A stretch of 64,000 bases of DNA from Thalia democratica (Eukaryota): the NCBI GenBank assembly GCA_965202585.1, contig OZ241831.1, forward strand, positions 10,912,001-10,976,000, read 5' to 3'. Positions within the stretch are counted from its first letter, which is position 1. Each line of letters opens with the position of its first letter. A model generated the notes under the pieces. It searched no databases. It was not told the DNA's origin and worked only from the letters and a program-made list of their open reading frames with translations. Position numbers and translations under genes: made by a program. Below, piece after piece: positions 27,160 through 39,442 of the stretch.

Positions 27160-27745
27160 CATTATTATTATTGGAGTTTATTGTGCAAAGATGGACTCGG
27201 GCATTAAAACCTGAGCCGCTTAAACAATACACACGAAAAAAGAAACAAACAAATTACATTCAATGAAAATTAAAATCTAAAAATAACATAGTAAAAAAAT
27301 TACAAACAAATAGTCCTGTATGATAAATAATAACTTAGTATGCACATAGAACAAAACGAAATAAATTCTCATATAAAAACTTATGCATAGATTAAAAAAG
27401 ATTACACATTTACAAAAGTTATATATAAAAACTTATAATCTGTAGGGGGAAGGCGTAAGGAAGAAAAATGAATCTTAGTGATACTAATATATTATATTGA
27501 ATTTTTATTCGTTTATCACTGTATTTTACTTGTGTTTATATTATTTAAATCGATTTTTTTTAGTTTTAATCGAAATTGTTCCACCCTCCCACACGAAACC
27601 ACATCCTGCGGTAACTTATTCCACACATTTATTGTTCTGCAGAAAAAAGAATTTTGCCACTGACTGTTAATAAAATTATATTTACATTTTATTTTTTTTA
27701 TCATTTCCCTTCAAATTATATTTGGTCTGAGAAAAAAACAAAAAA
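27160..27745 (-). mobile_element. CR1/L2-clade LINE 3' fragment (RT C-terminus plus 3' UTR)
   Basis: ORF 27516-27704 has NSFFCRTINVWNKLPQDVVSCGRVEQFRLKLKK, the typical CR1/L2 C-terminus (FF..R.VN.WN.LP..VV....V..FK..LD). Downstream on the minus strand are AATAAA and an (AAT)n tail near 27160-27180. Confidence 0.8.
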
Positions 27746-30700
27746 CTGATTGAAAAATTCTTTATATTTACCATTAACAATTTTAAAAATTTTAAAATTA
27801 AACTAGTTGTTGTTAGAATAAAATAACGGTTATAAAATGTTTCATAAAATTCATTCCCATTTAAAGCTTTTCATATAAACTTTTTATTTTTGTTTATATA
27901 AATATATTTTTTACGTAAATAACAGTTAGAAACTTTTACTTCTTTTTTATACAGTTAGATATCTTTTTTTGTTGCTAACATTTACTAATCTCTATAATAT
28001 AATGGATTTTTAAACCAATAAACTAATCAACCTTTAACCCAAAATTTAGCTAAAACAATTCAAGAACACAACTAAATTCTCATGATATTACCTGAAATTT
28101 TAAGCTAAAAACTATCACTAAAATCATAATTAGTGTATGTTTTAAAGAACTTTCACCTACACTACAGGTAAAAAGTGATTACAACAGGCAATTTAGTTTT
28201 TGTTAACTAAAACAAACAATAGTTAAAAACAACATAAATCTTCCTAAAACAATAAAACAAAAAAAAACTACATAAAGACGAAGACAAGAAAATTAACACC
28301 TAAGTTGTTAGTATTAAAAGGTCAAGCTATCATTTAAGTGCTGAGCTTTGTTAATCTGATAGATTTCCAGCTTCGTGTACAGTTGTAAAACTGTATATGA
28401 ATATAAGTTTGAGTATTATGTTCTTCATTTTCGACTTATATCATCCATAAAATAAAAATTTTTTCTAGGCATCACATCTTTAATCAAATCATCATTGTTT
28501 TCTTTTAAAGTGACTTTTTGGTATTAAACAGCAAATATATCTCGTTTTATATGTAGTGATTTACGTTCTTCCAAGATCTTTTACAGGCTTTACAGTTTTA
28601 TTCTAACTATTCATCGTGTGAATATTATTATTCCTAATAGCTTATACTTTATACATACATTCATTCATAATTATCCTTCTAAAATACAAGGGGTATAAAC
28701 TAGAGATTGAATTTTTTAAAAACATAACCTTTGTTGTCTTTCAAATCAATAGAAATTTTACTTACACTGAAAACTTGAAAACACTTTTTGCTTGTAGTAG
28801 TTAGGAAGAAGGTGCTGTGAAAACGAGAACTTTTTGTGAATAATAACTGATTTCCCATCATCCTCCAGCAGTTCAAACAACTTGCTAAGTGTTAATACAA
28901 CTAGGTTTTCGTTCCTCATAAAGTTGTTTATGAATTTATACATATTAATAATAAAATTTATGTATATTCAGCAAAGCTGCTAGTTATTTATTCCTAAAAA
29001 CTGATGTTTCAGATGAAACATAGATACTTCTGAGGTAAAAAAAATAGAACATTTTTTTTTGTATTTAAAGTATTAGTATAAAAGTGGTTAAAGTACGGCC
29101 CTCGAGATAGATTTTATCAACATAAAACCAACAAAATACTTTTAGAGTTTTTCAAATAAAATTTGGAAAATAATATAATTAGATTTACTGAATCACATTC
29201 TACAGAGCCCACTTGAAGGTGAAATAAAATTGTTTTAATCCTTAGCTGTAGTTATAATTTTATTGCTTTTTGCTTTTGATAAAAAATCTATACAAAAATA
29301 AAAAAACAATGTGTAGTAATTATGAAATTTTGTGGAGGAAAAATATTCAGGGTAAAATAAAACTTCTCTCTAAACAAAATACCAAAGCTTACAAAACTAC
29401 AAATAAGTAACTATAACACTAAATACTTTAAAGTTTATTGAATTTTAATAGGAGCTTTTTTATATGTCGCCGAGACAAAATGAATTCCATTCCTCTTGTT
29501 AAAGCAACCCATTTTTTCAACGCATACACAACGGCTTTGATTATTTTACGCACAGCCTACAAACAGGTTTATTACTATCTGCTTTAGGCTGTGATATTTT
29601 TATCATCTCCAAAGTTATTTTAAAACATTTTTTTTTACTGAGGATTAACAACAATTTTATTATTTTATCAAGCATGTGTACTGTTCTTTTTAAAATAGAA
29701 TTTTTGTAATAAACTAAATATATATTTATATATAATTACTATAAACAAGTACTGTAAAAGGTAAATGTACTCTTTTCTGCAATACATCAGGGACGACGCG
29801 TGATGATTTCATAGGGGTAGAGACAAATTTAAACTTTAATTTTATGTAAAAGTATTCAGTTGTGTTTAAACTTCAAAAATAAATGAAATGAGAGATAACT
29901 GTATACAATAAAGCTTATATTGCTACGAACTCTTAAGACTTAAGTCTTTAAGTGTCGCTACTTACGTACAGGTACACCTACTAAACTTTTACTTTATATA
30001 AATTTTAAAAAATCATAGTTTTTGTTTTTGATATGTAAATTAGATTTAGAGTTTTTTTTTCACTTGGTTTTTGTTTTTTAAGTTACTGGCTAAAGTTATA
30101 AGTATAATTTAATAATAATGAGGTTTTATAGTTTATTGTAAATAAAAAATAGTTTTATTTAACTTAAAAGATGTTTTTGACTTAGGTATTTTCAGATAAG
30201 AAAACTGAAATAAAATAACTTTACTTTACGTTTATCAAAAGTTTTTTTTATAAAACAATATGAAAAGTAGATATTGTTTTATTAAATTTTATTTTTAGCT
30301 ACTTTGGATACATAAACTAACAAAAACTTAGTCTATAAATTAAAAAACTTGTTTATAAAAAATAGTTTTATATACAAATTTTGTTAAAAACATTACAAAT
30401 TATTAAACTTAAATTTTCTATAATTTAAAAAAATACAAACTATTAAATAAGATCAAAAGTGTTTAAAAAAATATCTTTTATTCTAACTAGATAGAGTATG
30501 TACTTAAAATTTAAAGAGAAACTTCATATATTAAACTTTTATAATAAGTAAGTAAAAAAAAAGTCAAAACAACATAAGTATTAAAAAAAATAAAAAGTGC
30601 TTTTATTTCCCAAACGTGGGGTACGATCAATAACTATGAGTGAAGTCTCATATTTGATGATGAAAGTATTGTACCTTAATTTTATTTTAAACGTTTCATG

Positions 30701-31940
30701 GGCTCTAATAAACCACAAAAAATTTAAAAAAATTCAAATTTAAATTTTTTTGTACGATCCAAAGCTGTGTGTGAAATTTCATAGTTAACATTTTTTTTTT
30801 AATTTGATAGAATTTAGTAAAGTCTAGAAAAAAAAGTTTTTAATTTTCAAAAAGTATAGAAATGAGTAAATAGTAAAACAACTTTTCCCAGTTTATATTT
30901 TTCGCTTTTGATTTTTCAGTTTATAAAATTTTAACATTTTGTTACACTTTTTTTAAATGGAATGCTTTTAAACTGAGCAAATATATTCTGTCCATAGATT
31001 TTAATTTAAAAATTTTCAATTGACCTCGGTATTACTAAAAACCTGGGTATACTTGTAGTGATAACAAGTAAAGTAAATATTTTATGTAAAAACTATCTCT
31101 TAGTAGTGCTTATTTAAGTACAAAAGCACACTAAAAGTAATAAAACAGTCTTTTTAGGCTAAAGTATTTAAACAAAAGCTTGTTGTTTTGCAAAAAAAAA
31201 TAATATTGCTGCAGAATTGCAGAAACGTACCAAGCTACGTACCTGCAACTAACTAATATTTACTATTCTAACTATTGAATGAAATTTACAAAAGAATGCA
31301 GTAAAACTAATACTAAAATATCTTTATTAATTGAAAATTATCAAAAACAACGATTTACAAAAGTCAGTTGTTAAATATCTGCTATATGTATTTAAAGCGT
31401 ATGCAAAAAAAAATAAATAAAATTGTTTTACACAATCATTATACCATTTAAATCATAAAAGATTCAGTAATTTCTTAAAAAATTTTCTTGCTTACAAGTA
31501 TAATAATTTAAAAAAAATTAATGTTTTTTTATTAGTTATTTTTTTCTCGAAAACATGTTTGATGCATGTAAGAAATTTTTCATTTTTTTATACTGAATTT
31601 GCTTATAAACATTTTTTTTAAGTTAAGTTGTGATGAAATCCTTTGAGGTTTATACCTTATAAAAATCCAAACCAATGTTATTTTAAAAACTTACTTTTAA
31701 TATATGTGTCATAAGGTTTAAAATTAAATTTTATTAATATTATCTCAAAGCTTTTAACAGCGTTCTTTGAGTTCAACCCAATAAAAAAAACACTCGCTAT
31801 AAAAGTTTTTATAAGCTCAGCGATACTCAAAAGTTATGGTTTAATTTCAGGTAAACAATAAAACTACACTCTACGACTCTTTCACAAAAATATTAAAAAG
31901 AAATTTTCTCAGACCAAAACGCACCAAACGTCTCACCCAA

Positions 31941-32774
31941 TCAAAACCGGAAGGAGAACCTGACGAGCTTGTTGTAGTACAGCAAGCCCACCACCAAGTA
32001 GACCACGGTGAATATTTTGAAGAACAAAGTCGAGATGCGGTACCACAGGTCGCAGCTCAGCGCGACCCGGGACGTGGCGTTGAGGTAGAGGAAGAAGAAG
32101 TCGGTGCACGAGTAGAGCAGGTTGCACGCCACGGGCAGGAACACGCGCGCCTTGAACGAGCTGTACCGGTTCTCCGGGTCGGTCAGCGTGTACCAGTAGG
32201 CGATGATCGGCTGCAGCATGACCGGGATGAGGAAGAGCTTGAGGAAGAAGTTCCACGCGATCACGGTGATCACCGAGTCGTACATGAGCTTGAGCGGGCA
32301 CAGCGGAGCGTCCATGTCGAGGGGGAAGACGATGTCGCCGACCAGGAAGCGGTTGCAGGCCAGCACCAGCCGCAGGACCTCGGTGGTGAGGAAGGCGAGC
32401 AACAGACCGCACTCGAAGTTCCTCAGAAACTGCGACGACTCGTCCACTATCCCGGTGATGATGTAAAAGTCCCTCCTCAGTATCCAGAAGAGGAAGTAGG
32501 AGAGGACGTTGATGGAGAAGAGGAGCGTCTTGGTGCCGAGGAAGCCGGTGGTGCCGACGAAAGAGGCGCTGAAGACGGGGAACTTGCCGATGAGGGACGA
32601 AGACAAAGCGACGAAGACGACGGTGGACCAGATGACGAAGAAGCGGTTGGTCTTGCCGAGCTTGCGGTCCTTCTTCATGAGGAGGCGCATGTAGGAGACG
32701 AACATGCAGTACATGGACACGCAGATCAGGATGGCCCTCGTCACTTGCTCGAACGTCGACAGGTTGAATGTCAT
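31941..32774 (-). CDS. Intronless orphan multi-pass membrane protein (277 aa, about 7 hydrophobic segments; GPCR/chemoreceptor-like topology)
   Basis: 834-nt ATG-TGA ORF forming a sharp GC island with strong third-position G/C bias (61 of the first 65 codons). Seven hydrophobic stretches judged by eye at about aa 14-33, 45-65, 80-98, 122-140, 167-197, 211-231, 243-267. No family motif recognised. Confidence 0.85.
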   Translation of the reverse strand: MTFNLSTFEQVTRAILICVSMYCMFVSYMRLLMKKDRKLGKTNRFFVIWSTVVFVALSSSLIGKFPVFSASFVGTTGFLGTKTLLFSINVLSYFLFWILRRDFYIITGIVDESSQFLRNFECGLLLAFLTTEVLRLVLACNRFLVGDIVFPLDMDAPLCPLKLMYDSVITVIAWNFFLKLFLIPVMLQPIIAYWYTLTDPENRYSSFKARVFLPVACNLLYSCTDFFFLYLNATSRVALSCDLWYRISTLFFKIFTVVYLVVGLLYYNKLVRFSFRF

Positions 32775-34398
32775 CGTTGAAGTTTTAAACTGACTGAAAC
32801 ACGAAATAAATGTATTTGTAATGACTTGCTTTTAACTTCAAATAAAGTTTTTCTTTATTTTTGTTTGCAAAACTTGTGCTCATCAAACAACCCTTTGTAA
32901 GACATAAAAAAATCATCACTTTTTTTGTTGATGACTATCAAAACAGTTTTTCACGTATTCTCTTCTTTTTTTTGTTTAAAACACTGTCAACAAAATTCAC
33001 GCTTAAAATTAAAATTAACATGAAATATTCATAAGATATAAATTGACGCGTTTATAACCACAACAGGCTTTAAACTTGTATAAAATTTAAGAAAAACTGT
33101 AAAACATTTTGTGTTTCGTCTAGGTATAAAATTCATTTGAATAAAATTCTTGTTACTTATTTACTTATAATAAAAATTTAACACTTTGAAAAGTAATATC
33201 AAGCTTAAAAAATTAGCTCATCTAACAAAACCATAATTATCCGCATTAAGGTTGTTTTTGTTTTTTTTTAGTTTATTAAAGTCAACTCTTTAAAAATAAA
33301 GTTCAAGGAAAAAAAGTTTATAAATTGTTTTTAGCTTTAAAACTTTACTATTAAAACTAAATTTAATTATTTTAAACTTTCCTATAAAAAAATTAAAGCC
33401 GATAGTAGTTTATTTTTAAGTTATATTTTTTTAATATCATAAAACCTTATTAGTTTAAAAGTTTTTAAGAGACTTTAAATACTTACTAAACTTCAACAAC
33501 TTTAAAGCATTCTAATACTATGAATTTAGATGTATTTCTTTCAAATAAATAAAAAATAAATTAAATTTTAAGTTGCTAGGTTTTGTGTTTTTAACTATAT
33601 ATAATTTTTTGTAAGCCGTTTTCTGTAAAAGTGTTTGTCATTATAATAAATTTTTTTTTATTTGTTTCAAACTATAACTTTTGTTCATACTGTACTTTAG
33701 ATAAATTTTAATTATATATCAAAAAATGATTATGCCACCTAAAATTCAAGTAAAAGTATAGAATTTAAGCTTGTTTGAGTATTTTGTGAATTAATCATTT
33801 CAAAACGCATTCTTACAAACTAAAAAATTCGTAATTATTTTTCAGCAAAATTTTAAAACGCTGTAATTAAGAAATACTTAATTGTTAACTTCCAGGGATG
33901 AAACGCGTTTTTTTGTTATGCATCGCAGAAATTTATAAAAGTTTAAAAAAGCCTAGCCTGAAAATTTTATTTTGACATAATTTTATGAATTTATTTTTAA
34001 TCACTACAAGTATTATTTAAGTTTCTAGAAGACAAATTGTATTGAAATTTAAAACTTTGCAAAGTAAATTTTATTTATTTATTTGAACTTTTTTTGTTTA
34101 ACACATGGGGCGAAAAACTACGGCTCGGACATACTTTTTATCTGGAAATTTCTTTTTAACAAGATAACAACTTTTAAATAATAATTCAATGAAAGAAATC
34201 TGTTTAATCAGGTTTTAATAAAATTAATACTAAAAAAAATATTATAATAAAAATTAAAACGTTGTGTGATACAGTCAGTTTTTTAACAGTTGTAGTATCA
34301 AAACTAACTAACAATTTTATTATATGTTTTGGTTTTAAGAAAACAAATAGAGAGATCTCAAATACTGGAAGAAAAATAATGAATTTATTCTTTCAAAA

Positions 34399-34452
34399 AT
34401 TTATTTTACAAACTAAGTTTCGGTCAAAGACCTCGTCAGTGCTTAAATAAAT
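34399..34452 (-). ncRNA. Candidate type I hammerhead ribozyme
   Basis: Minus strand: AUUUAUUU-AA-GCA CUGACGA GGUC-UUU-GACC GAAA C-UUA-GU U / UGU-A-AAAUAAAU. Intact core, perfect 4-bp helix II, short helix III, helix I of 3+8 bp; about 830 nt downstream of, and co-oriented with, the Penelope ORF. Confidence 0.65.
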
Positions 34453-34569
34453 CTAAAAAAGATATGTGACAGTCATGGAAAATAGCATTTAAACAATTAA
34501 ATTAGATTAAAACCAAATTTTTACTCAAAATTTTTACTTAAGAAACTAAACAAATTAAATTTTAATATT

Positions 34570-35230
34570 AAAACTGAGTTTTAGATGGTGAAGTTTAAAT
34601 TTTAGCTAAGTTTTAAAATCAATATAAAAACAATAATAATAATAAAAGCTGTATGTAGCTTTCTTTTTTCTTCTTGTCAATTTACAGAGTAAACATTGCT
34701 GAACAAAAGTGTATTTAATAAAGTGAGCTTAAAATTTAATTGAATTTAATGTAGCTTATTTTAATCGTAACGAAATTATTGAAAATTTTAACAATCTTGT
34801 GCTTTTATTCGCTATGAAAATTTGAATTCCCGCTCAAATGTTTTGTATAAAAACTTATAGTTAAAACAAATTTTTAACTAAAAACAAAACAAGTTAAATT
34901 ATGGTACTAAGTTTGATTTTGTGGCAAAGTTTAAACTTTAGTTAAGTTTAAAAATCAAAGAACAACACAAATAATAATAGTAATAAAAAAAAATGTATGT
35001 AGCTTTCTACTTTCTTTTAGTTGATTTTCAAAGTAAACATTGCTTAAATAAAAATGTGGTTAATAGTAATAAGTGGGCTTAAGTTTTAAGTTAAGATGCA
35101 TTTTAATCAAGCTAAATTTTATTGTGACTTGAATATTGTAAATTTAAGTAATTTTGTGCTTGTAATAGTTACGAGAATTTGAAATTTTGCTTTAATAATT
35201 TAGAAAAAAAACTTTTAACTTTAACAAAAT
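34570..35230. repeat. Diverged ~330-bp tandem duplication between the Penelope ORF and the hammerhead motif
   Basis: Shared colinear blocks (AAGTTTAAA.TTTAG.TAAGTTT, TGTATGTAGCTTTCT, AGTAAACATTGCT, GCTTAA, TTGTGCTT, GA.AATTTGAA) at about 34570-34870 and 34900-35230. Confidence 0.75.
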
Positions 35231-35261
35231 AATAGCTACAAAAATTAAAAAGCATGCATAA

Positions 35262-36470
35262 AACCTGTATTACGGGTAACTTAAGTTTTGAAAAGGAGTT
35301 TTCGGAAGTGCATGCATGAATAAAAGAGCTCGTACCGTTTGTTTAGATTATCCCTTCTGTCTGCTTTAGCGATCGCGACCTTTTCTAATATGCAAGTACT
35401 GCAAATGCTTTGTGGGTTTTTGGCTTTGCCAATATGGTGGATAATTTCCCAATCTATTTTGTAGTCAATGTTCTTATTTTTAAGCTTCCATATATACTTC
35501 GATATTTCTGTTCCGTTCTCTTCTTCCATATATACTTCGATATTTCTGTTCCGTTCTCTTTATAGTTTTTAAAGTCACGAATATGGTTGTACCATATTTT
35601 TTTGAAAATTCCACCCGTTGAGCCCAAATAGTTTTTATTTCGTTTTCCGATCTGATTGTCGCTTTATATACCACATTTTCAACTAAGCATTTATTCTTGA
35701 GGGGACATTTGTTTTTTGTTCGACAGTTGCAAAGTGTTTCGTTTTGTTCATCGTTTCTTGTTTTTAAGTATTTTCGATTGTGTTTTTGGATTAATTTCTT
35801 AATATTGCTCATGCAGCTATATGAAATTTTACAATTATTATTTTGTTTAACTTGTGGTCTTCTTTAAAATGTTTATCTATTAGTTTCAGAAAAGTTTTAC
35901 CTATATTGGTTGTTACTGACTGACAGTAGGGTAGGTTGAAGTAGATTGTTTTTCTTGTTCGTGCTGGTTTCTTTTTGCTTTGGTGGTTGGGGTATTTGAG
36001 TTTGTGTTTGAAATCTGAGTTGGTTAAAGCATTCTGGTATCCGGTTATAGATTCATTGAAAATTTATTTGGTTTTTTAGAGTCTATTGAGTCTTTATTCG
36101 ATCATTTTTGGTAGTTTTTTTTGATAATGGACGGGTGGTTTGAATACTTGTTAATATAATTGGTGCTTGAGTTTTCTTTTTGTTATGGTTTGAATGTATT
36201 ATTAGTAGTGTCTAGAGATATACCTAGGAAATTGCATTTAGTCGCGCCTATATCAATCGTTAATTTGAAACCAACCGAGATCATTAAAAGTTTTTATTGT
36301 GGTCTTTTTTAGTCTTTCTAGCTCTTGGTTACCTTTTCTGCTTATTATTGCGAGACCGTCATCTCTATAGAGTCCGATATCTTTATAGTTGTATAAGTGC
36401 CTAAGTTTGCTTACTAACAATTCATTAACAAAACTAAACAGCGCTTTCATTTTGAAACCTTACCTTTTGA
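35262..36470 (-). mobile_element. Penelope-like retroelement, 5'-truncated and frameshifted (RT C-terminal part plus GIY-YIG endonuclease region)
   Basis: ORF pieces 36253-36450 (LYRDDGLAI, PLE-type RT catalytic motif), 35480-35812 (CNCRTKNKCPLKNKCLVENVVYKATI linker) and 35281-35529 (ISKYIWKLKNKNIDYKIDWEII, C..CILEK, LNKRYELFYSCMH), typical of Penelope RT-GIY-YIG proteins. Confidence 0.9.
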
Positions 36471-38268
36471 AACCTTTTATTTAAAAGGTATCCAAGTAGT
36501 GTGCGACCCGATAATCGAAAGGTTCTTCGTGCACCAGGTCCTAGGACCAAACAGTTTGAGCGTTTTTTTTTTTGTCGTTTAACAAATTATTTACCCCGTC
36601 ATATAAATAGTAACATTATGCATTCCATGTGATAGTTTAGCTACTAATTACAATTTTTTATGTCTGTTTTGTTTTTGAGCAGATTAGTTTTTTAGTTTTT
36701 CGAGTATCCAACCTTATTGTAGGACTTACAACTCATTAAACTTAAGTACCATATAACTTACAATTAAACACAAGCTAAGTATTCGTAACATTACTTAAAA
36801 ATATAAATCTTACAATCTGATATTTAAAAATATATTTAACATATCTTTTAGATTGAATTTACTTTTTTATACACTTAAAAGTATAGATACTAATAAAGTT
36901 TTTTTTTTTAAATAGATACTATACTTATCGTTAATGTTCAACTTATAATAAGTTAAACAAATTAGATTTATTAAAAATAAAAAAAAATAAAATCTAAAAG
37001 TATATTGTTTTATAACCAAAATTAAAAGGTACAACATACTGAGAAAATAGATTTAAACTTTAATGTTATATTAAAAATGTAAATATATAAAGCTAGTTTA
37101 ATGAATTAGCAATAAAATTAAAAGTATTTTTAGTGTATTCCGTATTCTAAACAAGGATTTTGATTTTTGAGCTATAATGCTAAACATTTCAACGATTTTA
37201 AAACTTCCTTTACTTTTTGAAGTAAAGGTCAGTGTTTTACTTTTTTAATAAAACACATACAATTACTTACAAAGCTAAAAACTTACTAAAACCATCCTCG
37301 AAAAAAAATTTCATGTATAAAATGCTACAAAAAGACACTTCCTGCCATATATTGTTGATTGATTTCATAGAAATTTCATGTATTCATTATTTTATCGAAG
37401 TTAAAAACTTAAAAAATGTAGTTGTGGGTTCAACAATATATTTAAGACACTTTACTTACTATTTTTTTTTAATTTCCTTGTAGATATATTTTTTTTTGTA
37501 AAATAATTTAACAGGAGTATTTTAAAATATATATGCACTATGTTTAAAACAAAAGTTTTTGATATATTAAGTAGAGTTTAAAAAATACTTTTACAGATTC
37601 AAGCATAAAATAAATAGTTTTACATAAAGCTTTTTTAAAGTAACACCTTTAACTGTAAAACAAAGTACTGCAAAATGCTTTCAAAAGTATTTTAAAAATC
37701 TATTTAAATTTTGTGTTTTCAAAATAGTTATTTTAAATTTTTGACCGTAAAAAGTTTAAGGTTGCTTTTTAATTTATTATAAATAACTAATAGCAGAAAA
37801 TTCAGCTGTTCAATTAACGTTTATTATGAAAACTTGCAGTTGAATTGAAAAAAGTTCTACTTGTTAGGTTGTTGATTTACGTAGTTTTCTGATCCAATAA
37901 AATGGCATCTGATTATGTACATTTAAAAGTAAAAAAAAAACAGTTTTTAAAGGTTAAAAAAGATCAAGACGAAGGAAAAGAAATTGAAGAAAAATTGAAG
38001 ACGAGACTGTGGAAGATAAAACTAAAGAAAAGCTGCTTAACTTTGTCATGTAAGTTTAAAAGTAATTTATAAAGTATAGTTTGTTTTTTTGACTCTAAAT
38101 TCTACTGGTATTTTTTAGTCGACTTAAATGCGTTTTTTTATACAGAAAAAATATGACTCTTTTTAAGTTGTGGAAAAAAGATTAGTAAGACTGGTTTAAA
38201 GTTCAATATGATTATACTGTTAAGTGGTTTCACCGTCTTCCTATTAGAAAAACAAATTTTTATTTTTG

Positions 38269-39442
38269 TAGGAACAGACAACGTTTCTAATCGGCGGGCC
38301 GAGTCAGGAAAAATTTAGTTCTTGGCGGGCTGGTGCATTTCGAAATATTAACCGACCGAATCGAATACACGGATCCAGTCGAATAATCCCTTTTCATATC
38401 TGGATCCGGCCGGATACTAATTTCATGCATACGGTTGATAATTCGAATCCATTTAATTCACAAATAATATTTAATTATGACTTTTTAGATTATTATTTAC
38501 TAAGTATTTATATTATAACTATTATAACCCTGGGCAGAATTGACAATAATTTTACAATGCAATAAATTAATTACTAAAAGCTACTCTAGACAAACTTTAA
38601 CCTGTAAAGTGTATCATAAATTTTGTAATTATGAAATTTCTATGACGGTATTGTTTTACTAAAGTTTGTCGTCACACCAAACTCATTGTCAGCAGAAACT
38701 AAGATATTAATGTAGTTTTTCGTTTATATCACTGATTGTTTTGTATTTCTACGTGTTGTAAAACGCGTCAAGTTTTTCTTTGTGAAGATAGTTTCAACTT
38801 CAACCTTTATGACTTCAGTACATGAGCTTAAGCACCCTTTATCATTAGTTTATTATTCAGTTTGGTCATATGCCTAAACAAATTTACCATCGATGCAAAA
38901 TCTGAGTACCAATCCTTCTTTGAAAATTAAGTAAAACCTTTATATTTTTCTTTCATTTGAAAAAATTGCCGAGTTTGCCGCTTTAAGTCCCAAACTCATT
39001 TTAAAACTTTTCTTAGAATTTGTTAAAATTTAAAGTTAAGTAGTTTGACTAAAAATAGTTGTTAATACTAGTTGAAAAAAAAATATAAAATAACTTTTCT
39101 TATCATTGATAAAAACAACTCATTATATATTCGAGAAAACATGTAATTTTTGACTCGTCAATTGTTTACAAATGTAATTGACATGGTAAGTTGACAAAGG
39201 TAGATATGTAAAATATCAGATTCAAAATAAAAGATTCTGCTTAGGGTAATTTGACCGGACAAAATGGTTATTTTATTACTACACATGAACTAAAAAATAA
39301 AATTAATGTTTTTTATATTTCAACTCTTAAGTTATATACAAATTTTTTATTACTGACCTTGGCGGACCGGTCACTTCACTTGCGGCAGATTTTTAATCTG
39401 CGGGTCGGATCCGGCCCGCGTGCCGTACGTTGCCCACCCCTA
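38269..39442 (-). mobile_element. Degraded hAT element with probable SPIN/Charlie-like transposase 5' remnant
   Basis: Right end ACGTTGCCCACCCCTA; left end TAGGAACAGACAACGT matches its complement at 11 of 16; GC-rich subterminal CCGG/GCGGG motifs; internal minus-strand remnant VETIFTKKNLTRFTTRR (~38750-38800) resembles the KK.NL.RHF..KH zinc-finger region; TSD only 5 of 8. Confidence 0.55.

Noticed and set aside
28758-28943. 61-aa minus-strand ORF and nearby coding-like DNA (28300-28950)
   Set aside because: No recognisable domain; possibly a TE remnant, not assignable.
29000-29030. CTGATGTTTCAGATGAAAC, hammerhead-like
   Set aside because: Core lacks the required CUGANGA (reads CUGAUGU) and helices I and III do not form.
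31933-32694. Overlapping ORFs 31933-32412 (-), 32203-32466 (+) and 32509-32694 (+)
   Set aside because: Shadow frames expected from the extreme GC3 of the 277-aa gene, which removes stop codons in other frames; low-complexity R/P/A-rich products.
31941-32774. Bacterial contamination or horizontal transfer as the default explanation of the GC island
   Set aside because: Long exons of the native PHKA and CLPTM1L genes show the same GC3 trend; no operon, RBS or prokaryotic context. Not excluded, but not supported.
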